From positions 96,598,001 to 96,662,000 of the forward strand of contig CM052816.1 in the NCBI GenBank assembly GCA_028534125.1: a stretch of DNA of 64,000 nt, given 5' to 3'. Source of the DNA: Lama glama. Its lineage: Eukaryota. The notes beneath the pieces were generated by a model. It did not search any database. It saw only the letters and a list, made by a program, of their open reading frames with translations, and was not told where the DNA came from. A program made the translations under genes and the position numbers. This document shows, in pieces, positions 24,461-38,420 of the stretch (positions within the stretch are counted from its first letter, which is position 1; the number at the start of each line of letters is the position of its first letter).

Positions 24461-25649
24461 ACTGCCATCTTGCTTGTGGTAGATTTCCTTGTTTCTTATA
24501 TGATAGCGAAGATTTTTTGGCACTGTATTTTCTGTTAACAAACTTGGATACATAAGACAATACAAACAAAATCAGGTGGTTCAGTTTATGTGATACGAAT
24601 CCACTTAGCTTACAGTTTGCTTTGCAAAGTAATGGAACTCTCTTAAACCAAGAAGAACTGTATACCTTTAGAAATTTGGGAAAGCAGAAGCTCTTTCTTT
24701 AGCCAAATTTCCCCCCACCCCTTGATGTATTTGGAAGAAGTTCTTTTAACAGTTTAAATGCTTTACTGTACACGTCACGTCTTAGGAGAAATCTAGTGAG
24801 ACATTAGCAGTTGTTTACATCCTGCTAGGATCAAGTCCAGCATTCTCAGGCATGGTTTTAGCTACAGAGCAACCCACTCACAGAGCAACACTGGGCAGGG
24901 TGTTCAGACTGCCTAGCAGTGAACCGTCCTGGTGATAAATGCAACTTATCATGAGGGTGATGACAGCAATGTTTAATTAAATTAGAATCAGGCAGACAAT
25001 TTCCATCAATAATTAATATGTTGTTGGGTCAGTAAGATAGCTGGATTGTGATCAATATTACATCATAAGAAAGTAATTGCTTAGCATTTCAATACCATTT
25101 CTTAAACATCTGAAATGTACTACAATATTTTATTTCCCTAAGGAGCCAAGTCAGCATTTTGCTGAAAGGATGAAGTTGTGCTTAGAAATGCTTAGTACTT
25201 TGCTTGGGACCACAGAGAATGTTACTAGCAAAACTGAAAAGACAATTCTTGTTTTCTGGAATGGAGTTAGGTGTTAGTCAACAGAGTCACTCTTTTCCAG
25301 TTTAAGTAGATTCCTGACTCTGTCGGCTTATGCTAGGCTCTGGAGGGGTGACAGAATGCCTCATGGGAAGTTGGAAAATCACTGGGAAAGAAAGAGGCTC
25401 CTCACGGTGTTGACTGGCCAATGCTTCATCATCACTTGGACAGCATCTTGGGAATGCAGTCTATTCCGTGCCTTTTCAAATATACCATCAACAAGGCTGC
25501 TGTGGTTTCTCTTCCCACTCCTTTTCACGTTACATAAAACTTATGGCATAAAAGCAAAACAGATGTGAAACATGGAGTCACACAACGTATTTAAAATCAT
25601 AATGTACTTTGCAAAATGAAAATAACTCATTTCATCAGTTATAATGGCC

Positions 25650-26220
25650 TGGGAGAATTCAAGGGTGGGAAGATACATGAAGTTGAAGAAGGAAGGCTGA
25701 GTAGGGGTCAGTTCAGTGAAGCACAGCAGAGGAACAGCCCAGGTAGAGGGCAGGTATGAAGATACTGGGGGATGGGTGGTCATGTTGGATTTTCAGAAAA
25801 TAGAAGATATAGATACACATGGGGTATAGTGAGAAAGCAACTGAGTGGTGGGAGATGAAGCTGAAACAGTAGATCAATGTCGTTAACAGGGACAATTAGA
25901 TGATGTAAATGACTTTGAATTTTATTTTCTGAAGAAGCCACTTCATAGAAATAAGAGAGCAACAGATTGGATTGATTTATTCTTATTGTGGATTTTCTTT
26001 TTAATGTTATTAGGGTTGCTGTATGGAATATTACTTGGAGGGGTGCCAACATGGGGACGGGAAGAATAGTTAGGGGAAAATTGCGTTCATTCAGGTGAGA
26101 GCTGATGATGATTTGGACCAAGCTGATGATGGTGGTGCTGGAGAGAAGTTAGCAGTCAGGAAATATGCAGAAAGTAAACTCAACAGGGCTCGTGAGACAG
26201 AGAATAAAAAAGGGTAAAGG
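25650..26220 (-). mobile_element. L2 fragment
   Basis: cagcagaggaacagc...ttcaggtgagagctgatgatgatttggacc...ggagagaag. Confidence 0.65.
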
Positions 26221-29200
26221 CCAATTCTGAATTATCCAGCATTAGGATGTGCATGAATGTTCACATAATTTATCTTCCCGTGAACACTTAATTCAGTGAG
26301 GTGTGGCGGTAAAGCAGGTTGTGTTCGAATAATCACTATCAACCTTCTCCTTTTAAGCCACATGGCCATTGTCATGTGCACCCTTCTCCATTCATTCCAG
26401 AGATGAGATGAAAAGAAATAAAGATATTCAGGAGTTTGTAGTTTAATGCAGTTATTATATAAACTTATAAACTAAGTTAGAAACTCACACTTCTATTTGG
26501 ATAAATAATCCTCTTACATTTAAGAATCATTAATTGTCAGTTCTCACACTCATCTGCCCAATTACAGAGAGCTCCCGAGGGAAGACAAGGTGTAATGTAC
26601 CTCCAGCTTCTCTCCTCTCCCGGGAGCACAGGAGCAAGGCTGGGTTCAGGGAGGGGAAGTTTCTCCTGCCTTCAGCTCATCTCCTGCACAAGCGTAGAAT
26701 TCTACTTGTTTCAGTCTCAGAGGTGAGTGTTTTCACACACGTGAATCCCCAGAGTCCAAGAGCACCTTGTGAATGTCCCTTCTGTGCTAAATTTAGAATG
26801 ATTTTGCTGACAACATAGCAACTACATCTTCAGAGTAAAAGTAGTGTCCCAGCGCAGCAAGGGATCCGTTGGTCATGACATGACTGCCTAGACTGCCCCA
26901 CAATGCATCAAAACCTTGACTCGTGGCCCATCCTTCCTCAGGGTCGTTGCTTTTTTTTCCTCTTAGCTTCCTGCTCATCTGCAGAATTATCATATATTTT
27001 GCATATAGATGAAGCACAGATTAATTCTGAAACACTGGGATTAACTAAATGCGGTAATGAGGATCTCAAAGTAGCAGATCAACTTTCTGTAGGGATGATG
27101 TGTGGGTCACCACATGCACTTGAACCCAGCAATTACCAGTTCACCAATGGCAGGTCCTTCATCTTAGATTTCTGCCAGAAACCCTGGAAGCAGGAAGGAC
27201 CCAGAGACAACACTGCCCAGATGCATACATTCTTCATAATTGAATTGTCTGCAAATAATCACTATCTTGTGCTTCATCTTCAAACATTAACCAGCCTTAG
27301 AAGCATCCTTAGGAGGTTCTTGGGACATGTGTAAATTATGCTTCTCATGTAAATAGTTCTGAGAAAAACTGAACAATTGTAGCTCAAATTAATCTTCACC
27401 CAGTAGAGACAACTGTACTGCTCAGTGGTAAATGGGTTGTAGAATTCAACTGACTATATTAACCAAAAAACACACACTGGGTTATCCCACAGCCTGCAAT
27501 AAATAACAATCGTCTGCTGCCTCTTTGCCCACGAGTTGAGAATTTTTTTTTAAATCAAGATAGTGGTTAAGTTATAACCTGTGTATTGATAAAGGCTAAA
27601 TTGGAGGATTTGATTTATGTGAGAGATCACTGAATTCCAGAATTAGACAGATGTTCCCATCCAGTCTCAACACTGGACAGCAGTGGCCTCAGCTGGCTTT
27701 TTCCCAAGGCAGAGACAGACAGAGCCCAACTGAGCATGTGTGGGTAGTCTCCCGAAATGAACTGACCAATCAGAGGAGTCACTCCTCTACATCCCCACCC
27801 TGGCAGGATGTTGAAGAGGTTGTTACAGGCCCACAGCACATGCGTCCTTCACAGGAAGAACACCGGTCCCCTAGCAATTCACCTCTGCTTAGATCACATC
27901 TAATAAACTTTCTCCTTGAAAACCGAGCCTTAAACTTACTCCTTAACAGAGAAACTCTGTATCAGTTTAGAGAACTGAATGAAAGATATTGTTATACCTC
28001 GTATGTTATAAATCAAAGTGAAGAGAGATAATAAGGAATGACTTGAGAGATTTGCTACAAATAAATGCTGTATGGTGTGTAGTCAAAGAAAGGCACTGGC
28101 ACTTCTTAGCTAAAAATATGAAGTTAATCATCCAAAGCAGAGAACAGAGTGGCAGTTATGTCTTTAGAGAAAGCTGTGAGCAGGCTGCCAGATCATGTCT
28201 GGGAGAAAGACCAGCCTCACGCTGGGGAAACACTGTACGGTTATGTCGAGACCTCCCTCTCTGTTGGACTGCCGAAAGGCACCAGGTCACCATGCTGTGA
28301 GCTCATTTCCTCCTTGGGACCTGGCCCTAGGACCTTCCACATCACAGAGCACCGGGGACCCACACTTCTCCCGGGAAGGCACTGTCTGCTCCCATGCCTG
28401 ACACCAGCCCTCTTCCCCAGGTGAGGCTCTAGAATCTCTGTGAAGGACGTTCAAGAATTTCTGTATAGGAAGAGCTTAGAGAGGCAACCTGGGTGCAAGC
28501 AGGGGCCAGGGGCTCATCTGGAAACATCCTCTGCTTTTTACATCTCTCATATTGTAGGTTTATTTGGCATGTCGTGGGTTGGGATTGAAGATGAGATTGT
28601 GGAGAGACTCAGATCTCCCCCAAGCCACTCAGTACCACTTCCTTCCTCTTCTTAACAGTATAGTTTAGAGTCAGAGATTGCCCCCGTCCTACACCACATG
28701 GCAGAGCCTCTCTCCCCTTCCCCTAAGACAGTAACAATAGTAATTGATCCGAATTCCTGTTGACTCACAGCCTGGAAGGTTGGTTGTGGAACCTTCTCCA
28801 TGTACTTTCTCCCCGGCTCCCCTAGAACAGCTCTGCTGCTGCCCAGGCCCGCAGCACCCTGTCACAGATCGAAGGGACAGTGGTGCTATGTCCTCAGGCT
28901 TGCAGGGGCCTGGTGTGACACATCATTAGTATCACATGGTTGACATCTGCTGCAGGCCAGGGGACAGCTAGGATCCAAGCAGTGTTGAAGGAAGCCCTCG
29001 GATTCTGGGCCCCTGGACCCGGAGGCACACTCATCTGTGGTGCCTGAGAACCAGCCCTGGGGACGGCTTCCGAAGGACCAGCGCTCCTGCTGCTCTGCCG
29101 GCTCCTGTTTAAACTGAGACTCCGGCGACACCACCTCGTGCTGATTGGCTTCAAGAGCCTCAATTCACTGGGAGGAAGGAAAGCTCACAAATACGAACAA

Positions 29201-29479
29201 ATAAATTCAATCGTGACAGTTTCCATGAGAAACAGCACAGCACCCAGCAGGCTGGAGGACGTTTGCAAATCATTAGACCTGTTTACCCTACAAGCCCGTG
29301 TAATTCATCCAGAGTAATTAATCTGAAAGAGAGATTCAGCCAGGATACATTCGTGATGCGGAGGAAGCTGAGCAGCTTAAACCACCTCCAAGATGAAAAG
29401 AAAATACATGATGAACAAATAAATATATTCCATGGATTTAGTACATTTATGAGTGAAACCAGCTACATAATTTGTGCAC

Positions 29480-31140
29480 TATTGCAAAAATCAAATGTGA
29501 GGTCCCTTCCACCAAAAAATGAGAAAAAAGTCACTTAAAGGTACTAAAATATGGAGGCTTTTTATTTAGAAATATTTTATTATTAATACAACTCATTAAT
29601 GCAATTTAATAGGAGTAATTTTATACATGAGCAACATATAAACTGCAAAAAATTCTGCTATAATAATTTTATATAATAAATTAATAATAACAGTCCTTTA
29701 TTAATGTGGTATCTTGATTGGGTGTAAGATTTCTATGGCTTACTTTTCTGAAAATTCCTTTACTAGGTCATCAAAATGAATATCCAAAGCAACTTTAAGT
29801 TGATATAATTGATAGCAACATCACTTGCTCTTGTCAAATGTAGGATCACAAATGATTTTTGATCTTTTTAAATTTTAAGTAGAATCTTTTTGTGGACGCA
29901 ACCATTACTGAAGATTATTATATAGGCTGTGAAAACCTGAGGATACATTTCTGATAAATTATGTTGAAATATAAATTTTAGTACATCTGTAGAATCTTGT
30001 GGAAAAATTTTTTTTAATATTATGAACTTTGTGTTTGAATTTAAATTTCTTTTTGCTATTTTTAAAAATAGATTTTATATATTATAGCAGTTTTAGGTTC
30101 AAGGCAAAAGTGAGCAGAAAGTTTTCATATAACTCTTACTCCTCCATGCACAGATTCTCCTGTGACCTGCAGCCCCTGCCGGAGTGGTATATTTATTGCA
30201 GTCCATGAACCTACATTGACGCATTATATTCACCCAGAGTCAATAGTTAACATCAGGGCTCACTCTCAATGTCCTATAGTCAATGGGCTTGGACAAATAT
30301 ATAATGATGTAAATCCACCCTTATAGTATCATACAGAATCATGTTGCTGCCCTAAAAATCCTCTGTGCCCCATCTCCCTTCCCCCACCTCCATCCCTTCC
30401 TTCCTTAAACCTCTGGAAAGCATTGCTCTTTTTACTGTCTCTACAGTTTCGCTTTTTCCAGAATGTTGTACAGTTGGAATCATGCAGCCTTTTCAGATTG
30501 GCTTCTTTCACTTAGTAATGAGCATTAAAATCCTTCCATGTTCTTTTTATGGCTTCATAGCTCATTTCCTTTTAGCAGTAAATAATATTCCATTGTTTAA
30601 ATGTATCATAGTTTATTTATCCATTTATCTACTGAAGGATATCTTGGTTGCTTCCAAGTCTTAGCAATTATGAATAAAGCTGCTATAAACATCCATGTGC
30701 AGGTTCTTGTGTGGACCAATGTAGCTTTAAATGTAAATTTACATGATCATGTTTTTAACGTTTCCTCTGGCATTTCCTGTAACTTGTGGATGAGACACAA
30801 GAGCCCAAAAGCGGATTCATGATTTGTGCACAATTTGAAATACCTGTTTGTGCAATCGCTGTATCTTCAATAACATGACAATTCATTTTAAAATGATCTT
30901 CTTCACCTGTAATAGATTCATCAGAAACTTCATATGAATGTAGTGGTATTTATGATCGAATGTGATGATCCTTAAATTTAATTTCTACTTTGAAGCCTGT
31001 AGGTATTTGTCTTGCAGTTTTGCAGTGGTTTTCAGAACAAGAGACTCTAATGCTGTGAAGATTTCTAATAACTGCCTGGTGTGCTTTCTCTCAGTGTCCC
31101 TGTGTATGCTCTTATTTTGTAATAAAATAAAATGTTATTA
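29480..31140 (-). mobile_element. Zaphod-like hAT DNA transposon with decayed transposase C-terminal half
   Basis: Manual minus-strand translation gives VEIKFKDHHIR..SYEVSDESITGEEDHFKMN..HESAFG, then DVLKFIFQHNLSEMYPQVFTAY..VMVAS..KFKKIKNHL..FDDLVKEFSEK (hAT dimerisation domain), with stops and frameshifts. Confidence 0.75.
30052..30720 (-). mobile_element. L1MC1/2-like 3' end inserted in the hAT element
   Basis: agcagttttaggttca...gaacctacattgac...tgccctaaaaatcctctgtgc...tgaataaagctgctataaacatcc. Confidence 0.85.
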
Positions 31141-33511
31141 GCTCCTGCAGTTTCTATCGCAGGCTGGAGAGTTAATATTTGTACAGATGATGCGGGTGGG
31201 CCCCTGTGGGTCTCAGCGCTGCCCCGACGCAGGGTTCCTCAGCCACTGTCTCTGTCATCAAAGCTATTGTTTCTGCCACCACCTTGCAGGCACGGGCAGG
31301 TGATTTTTCTGCTCTTTTCTCTTTGCTCAGCTAATTGTCACTTTCTCCCCTCTCTTCAATTTCCAGGCAATATGGATTTCGGGATCTGTCACTGCATGCT
31401 TTCTGTTCAAGTGCCCCCAAAGTGAGAGCTGGATCACTTCTCTCCGAGGGAAAATGAGAAGTCTGGGGACTCTGACCGGCAAGGTCTTCTCGGCTTTGCT
31501 GCCGTTGTCCTCACAGGGAGCTTAGTCCATTAGCCCATTTCCCTCCATTCTCTGAAATTCTAGCGGCCTGGGTTGGCCCCAGCATTGATGTTGAAGGCTT
31601 GTTGTCCTCAGTTCTCTCTCCCAGGGTGGTGAGCAGTTCTGCCTATTGGAGACTGTCAGGTGTGTGAGCCCCAGTCGCCTTCCCCACCTCCGCAGGGCAT
31701 GCACCTGAGGTTCCTGGCCCACACGCTCTCCACCACTTCTTACCCACGTACTGCTCCGGGGACCCCCATGAGTTCCACATGCTGGGCAGCTGCCCAGAGG
31801 GCCCTTGCCCCTCCTCCTCCTTCTACGGAATCAGACTGCATCCCACCTCCTCTATGAACTCTTTTCCAAGTGCTCTGGTTTCTTCACCTTCTGCTTCTCA
31901 CAGCATCTTTAAAGGTTTCTGTTAGATCACGGACAACATTCCCCTGGCTACTGCTCACACACACGTCTGCCACTTTCAAACCACTGATGCACCCTGTGAT
32001 GATTTTGGCAGAAAATAGAAAGGTTCTCTATTTTACCCCAGATCTGCTCTGCTTATGACCAATCCTAGCATAGATTATTTATTTTTCTTTTCTACCCTAT
32101 CTTGCCCTGATTTACCCCTTAATCTGACAACTCTACTTTGCCCCCATAATTTAATCTCTCCCTTATTCTCCTCCACTCTCATCACCATGATAAACTAGCA
32201 TAATACCTTTCCATGGTCATGAAAACGTCAAACTCATTCTCTGTGCAAAGAAATACCGTTGTCTTGAAGTCTGAGAATTTACAAATCTAAAACTGAGATA
32301 CAAATCAGGCGATAAAAGTTATTTAAGCTCTGAAAGACGAAAGAGAAGGAAAAGAGAAATGTTTGTGTATCTGTTTGTGTGCTCATGTATGTGTGTATAT
32401 GTTTGTGAACATGAATAAATGAACCAAATAGGCTCACAAGAACAATTGTGGTGAGGCAGAGACCAAGAGAGACAAAAATAGGCTACCCAATGGCCCATCA
32501 TACGTTTGAAGATTGTCTTCTAGGTCCTCAGCCTTCTTCATACTTCTCTTCACTTTAACAAAAAGAGAAGAGGTGAACTTGAAACATTCGATCACCATTT
32601 TTGTGACAGGGCAAAAAATAGATGACAAAGAAGAAGCAAAGACTGGAAAGTAGGAAAAACTGCTGTTTCACATCTTGCATGTTTATTATTTCTGAACTTT
32701 AACCCATTAAATGTGGTCTTACCTAAGATAAGAAAGAAATCCTCTTACATCTTTTAAAATATTTTTTCATGTGCACGACAAGTCCAAAGTGATTTGTGAA
32801 GAATATTTAAGGGAGTTTGACTGTTGGCAGACACAAATCCTCTTTATCAAGAGAAATGAGGAGAAACTGATGACCCTTATAATGATCTTACAGATATGAT
32901 TGGACTTGTTGGAAGTGTAGGAAGCCTGGGGAAATTTTAAACCAATTTACAGGTTGTTTTAATTGACTAACAATATCCCTTAACTTCATCAATTAATATA
33001 TGTGATATAATCCTTGGCCTTCAAAAACTCTGACATCCCCTCTCCTCCCATCCCCACTTTTTGACTTGAGATTCAATGAATGGTTTCCATAGTATATAGA
33101 TGTGCCTCTTCTTGGTTAGAAAAACAGCTAAGGCATGACTCAGGAAAGGGGTAACACTGATGGCCATAGGGAAAAGCTAATAAAAAGTAAGTGTAATGAA
33201 AAGATGACAGAAGAGAGAAACTCTACAAGTGAAAAAAAAATCTAAATTACTATTATACATATAGGTTAAGGTAAAGCAAATGCATCTCAATGTCTAATTT
33301 ATAAGTTGAGGCAAAATGTTGTTGAGCCCAGCAAGGGGTGAATTTGAGGAGCCAAGAATAAGGAGACATGAGATGGGAAGAACGCAGACATGCATTAGGA
33401 GAATAAGTACCTTCATCCTTGCTTAGCTGGCTTTCTTGCAGCTTTGTATCCCTTTGGTCAAAAAACCTGTGAGGAACAGGATATAATGAATATATTAAAA
33501 CCTGTACCAGA

Positions 33512-34046
33512 TATGGTAGATTGTTAATAAAATGGCAACAACTCTATTTCTCATCACATATGTTCTTTGCAATGGTCTCTTGTCCCTTCCAGCCCCTGTC
33601 AAAAGAGGAATCTATTTCCTTTCCTAGGAATCTGAGCCAGCCCTTGAGTGCTCTAAACAACGGAATGTGACAGAACTGATGGTCTGGAACTTCCAAGCAC
33701 AGCCATCTGTCAACTTTGACTCTTGTGCTTTGAGATAAGCCAGCTGCCAGGTAAGACTTCCAAGTTCCTCAGGATTGCCAGGCTGTGAATGATGGGGAGA
33801 GGACACAGAGGAAAACGAGGCCCCCACAAATAGCAGAAGGCAAAAAAGAGACCAACTTGCCAGCCATGTGATTGAGACCATCTTGGAAATAAATCCTACA
33901 GACCAGCTGAGCCACCCAGGTGACACTGCATAGAGCAGAGTACTGCTTTCTCCTGTAGCCTCACCCACATTGCAGAATCACGTGTAAATAAATGGTATTT
34001 TAAACCGTTAAGTCTAAGGGGTTTGCTAACAGCAATAACCAAGACA
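33512..34046 (+). mobile_element. MaLR LTR (MLT1G-like)
   Basis: tggtagattg...aacttgccagccatgtgattgagaccatcttgga...gcagaatcacgtgtaaataaatgg. Confidence 0.75.
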
Positions 34047-34184
34047 TGATCTCATATGCCTTGAGCTTTCCTACAGGAATCACAGTATCTGTACAAATGG
34101 GGGCACATGAATAGTAACAGCCCAAATTCCACTGGCTCTCACGTCCACTTGATTGTGGAAGCGAGCCCTCGATAGACGACCTCC

Positions 34185-34700
34185 ATACCAGTCAGGTCCC
34201 AAGCAGTCTAGCAAAATAACTGGGGTGGTTACCCCAGTTATTCTAAATACAGGGACTTTAATAAAAGGATTTGTCACATAGGTGATAGTGAGAAGGCAAG
34301 CAGGCCAGAGTGGCAGCTTAACTGCATGAAGGAGCTGTCAGCCAAACATTGGGAAGAGGTAGTGTTTGGAGTAAGCAAAAGCAAGGGACATCTTGACAGG
34401 ATCGAAGTATACTGGGGACAGCCCAGAAGAAATTGGGACCCTGGAGCTAAGTGCTTTCAGCAGGAGCTGGAGCAGTAACAATGAGGCTACGGCTGGAAAC
34501 ACTGCCCCGGGCAGAGAGGTGGGGGTAGAAATACTCTGGTTACTATGTGTCTCCTTTCCAGTCTCCTGGGAGTGCCTCCCAGTGGCCAAACTGAAAGGGA
34601 AAGTGGATGACAAGGGAACTTCTTGGAGTTGGCACTATGTCACAGTGTAGCGCAGGAGATAAGTAAATATGAAAGCGAATGTCGTGCTACCAGCACACCC
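34185..34700 (-). mobile_element. Old LTR element (family uncertain)
   Basis: Resembles old eutherian LTR ends (ccagtcaggtcc...ccagttatt...tttaataaaagga). Confidence 0.4.
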
Positions 34701-34905
34701 CTCAAGCATTCACCTGGAGACCTAGGGAGGCACAGCATCCTTGTGCTCACAAGCAAGTCTGCTCCCCCATCACTAAAAAAGTGAAGGATGCAGAGGGGTC
34801 TGTTGCAAAGTACGAAAGCACCTCTCCCTTTTTTGCATGTTACAGTTTATTAAAATGACACAATCTTGTCTCAACATTTGCACAACAGCCCGAGGAAAAG
34901 GACTT

Positions 34906-35287
34906 TGTTATGGGCTGTATTGTGTCCCTCCAAAACTCACATGAGCGATTCCGACCTCCAAGACGCAGTGGGTGATGGTATTTGGGGTTTATTAAAAAAG
35001 CAATGAAGTTCAGATGTGGATGTTAGGGTGTGCCCTAATCCAGCATGACTGGTGATCTTATGAGACGAGAAAATTAGGCCACAGTCACTCACAAAGCGAA
35101 GACGACGCGAAGACACAGGGAGAGGACGGCCATTGGAAAAACCAAGGAGAGGCCTCAGAAGAAATGAACCCTGCCAACACCTTGATCTTGGACTTCCAGC
35201 CTCAGTACTGTGGGAAAACACATGTCTGTTGTTTAAATTGTCCAGCCTGCGATACTTTGTTGCTGCAGCCTAGCTAACTAATATACA
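34906..35287 (+). mobile_element. MaLR solo LTR (MLT1B-like), near full length
   Basis: TG...CA ends; tgttatgggctgtattgtgtccc...ccctgccaacaccttgatcttggacttccagcctc...aactaatataca. Confidence 0.9.
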
Positions 35288-36364
35288 ATCTTTTTTTTTT
35301 TTTCTCTGTTGGTGTGTTTTTCTTTACAGCCCCACTCCTTTCCACAGGGCTGAGACAGGACTGCGGCGATCACTGTGTTGCCAGACACACCCTAGCAGCC
35401 ACCTTCACACTGCATGTGGTTACCCTTCCTTGAGATAACCAAAGCCCGGCTTCTCAGTGCCCACACAGATTCACTTCTTGACCAAGTGCCCAGAACATCT
35501 AAAATTCAGATTAAACCTGCTGATGCCGCCATGTCAGAGTAGCTATGAGGGAACAGGATGAGATGATCCCACGAATGGAGCCATGGGGCTGCACCCACAG
35601 GTTCCTACTGAGAAATGTGAGTCATGGCAGAGCCTATGACAGGGTCAATCCTTCTATCCTTTAGTTACCTATGCCTCATTGCCCCACCATCATATGCCTT
35701 CCTGGACTATCCGTTTTAGAACATCCTAACTCAACTCAACTTCAAAGAATATCCTATAAAACTACCTTTTCTGTCCAGTTGTGTAAAACTTTTCCACTTT
35801 GATTCCAAGGGCATGGATATTATGTGCTGGCTGAGAAGATAGCATATGAAGAAAACAGATACTGTTAACTTCAGTACATGAGTGATTTCACAGCACTCTG
35901 GTAAGATGTAGCCTCTTTGCTGTATTCAGGGTTTAAAACTTAGTTAAGACCCTGGAGTAAGGAGCATGCTGGGAGCAGACCCTGTAAGCCTTTGCTCCCT
36001 TAAAGCAGTTATTAAAATATGCCTCCTGGTGGGGGATTACTGGTGTTTGTATGCTCTGCCCACCATGCACACTGCACATAAATATAGGTCAGTCAATAAG
36101 AGCCTTCTCTGAAATTAAGTTTGCTAGTCTGAAGTCTCTTGAGATATCACAATCTTTAGGAGAACATAATTCCATTGTTGGCTTGCAGCAGTAAGGAGAA
36201 ATAGGAAAAGTTATGAATATAAAATATAAAAATAAAAAATGACAAACAATGGGCTCAGTGAACTTATTAAGATGGAGTGAGCTGATTTAAACCAATTTCG
36301 GCATCAGCCTATTTTTTGCTTTGGTGGGAAAATGACATCTGTATAAAGAACAGTAATTTTTCGG

Positions 36365-38420
36365 AGATTTATTTTTGAAAAATTTCAAAGACAGAACATT
36401 GAAAGGTATTTATAATGAGTATCCAAATACCTACCACTGAGAATTTGCCATTGCCATTCTATTATACATGCTTCATCACTTATCTATGAACCTGTCTATC
36501 CAGATAGTAATCACTTAATCCACTTCTGAAGCACTTCAAAGCAAACTGCAGACATCAGTATACAACCTTTTAAATGTTTCAATATGTATACCACAAACTA
36601 GATTTCAATATTTGTTTATAGATACTACATAAAATTTATACACAAGGAAATGCACATATTCTACTGTGTATAAGGCATTTTGTCTAACAGGTTTTTGTGA
36701 TTCATCTGTGTTCCTGCACGGATCACACATTTTTTCGTACTTACTATAATGTTCCATTGTAGGAAGGTACCGAAGTTTATTTATCCATTCATCTACTGAT
36801 GGATACCAGGGGTGTTTTCCAGTTTTTAACAATTGTAAATAAAGCTGCTATGGACATTCTTGGGCAAGTCTTTTCATAAACATGTTTTCATGTCTCTTAA
36901 ATAAATAGGATTAGAATTATGGGTTTTAGAAAATGCGTATGTTTGGCTTTTTAAGAAACCATCAGAATATTTTCTACTCCACAACACTTCAAAGTGTGTG
37001 TACCACATTACATTCCTACTAACATTGCATGAGGGTAACAGCTGTCCCATTTCTCATCGACATTTTGTGTTGTAAGTCTTCTAAATTTTAGCTGTTTTGG
37101 TGGTCATTTTTGGGTGTGAGATGTTATCTCATTCCAAATTTAATTTGGATTTCCCCAATGACAAATGAGACTGACAACTTTTTAATGGGTTTATTGGCCA
37201 TTCAAATGTATTGCTCTGTGGAATATCTATTAAAAGTCTTTGGTCCGCTTCTTGTTTTAATGTGTAATGGAAGTAAGAGTTACATCTTGTCTTGTACTTG
37301 ATCATAGTGAGAAAGCGTTCAAACTTGATGATTAGATGGGATGCTGGTTGTAGGGTCTTTTGGATGTGCTCTTTATCAGATTGAAAAAGTTATTTTCTAT
37401 TCCAATTTTGCTGAGAGATTTCATCATAAATGGTTGTTGGATATTGTAAAATTATTTTTATGCATATCTTCAAGATTATGTTTTTTCCTGTTTTATTCTC
37501 ATAAGATGGTGAAATGCAGTAGTTGATTTTAAGTCAGCTTTAGTTTTTAGAACAGTTTTATATTTACAGAAAGCTTGAGAAGATATTACAGTGAGATCCC
37601 GTATACCCTACACCCAGTTTCCCCTATTATTAATACCTTATATGAGTATTGTTCATTGGCTACAATTAATGAGCCAATATTGATGTGTTATTTTAAAATA
37701 TCAGTAAAATCATAAAGCCCATATTTTATTCATATTTTCTTAGTTTTACCTAATACGCTTTTTTGTTTTAAGATCCCACCCAGAGTACTACACTGTGTTT
37801 AGTTGTTATTTGCCCTGAGACTCCTTTTGGCTATAAAAGTTTCTCAGATTTTCTTTGACGTCAATGACTTTGGCCATTTTGCAGAGTACTGGTGAGTTAT
37901 TAGAAAATGTCCTTGGACTGAATTTTTCTGATATTTTTCTAATGATTAAACTGGGATTATGGATTTTGGGGGAGGAAAACCAGAGTTTAAGTGCCATTTT
38001 TATCACATGACATCGGGGCATGTATTATTAATACAGCTCATCACTGCTGATTTTGACCTTGATCCCTGGTGAAGGTGGTGTCTGCAGGCTTCCTCCCAGT
38101 AAAGTGATTCCCCAATCCTTTCCATAAGGTACTCGAAGGAAGCCACCTTGCACAGCCCATATCTAAGGAATGGGGGTTATGATCTCCCTTCTTGAGAATG
38201 AAAAATCTACAAAAGTTATTCAGCATTCTTCTTCACGTAAAGTTGATCTCTTTTCTCTCATTTATTAATTTATTCCATTATTATATTAGTATGGACTTAC
38301 TGGTATTTACTTTATACCTTGGTTTGTAGTTTAATGGTAACTTGTCTATTTATTTTGCCCAAATTGTTGCGGCACTGGCCATCCGGAGCTCTTTTCCTTG
38401 GTACCTGTACCCGTCAACAT
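36365..38420 (-). mobile_element. Stack of old L1 3' fragments (L1MC/ME/MD-like)
   Basis: Several antisense L1 3' ends, starting at about 36365, 36610 and 37530. Confidence 0.75.

Noticed and set aside
35330..36300. Possible ERV internal (pol) remnant
   Set aside because: Could not recover a convincing translated motif by eye
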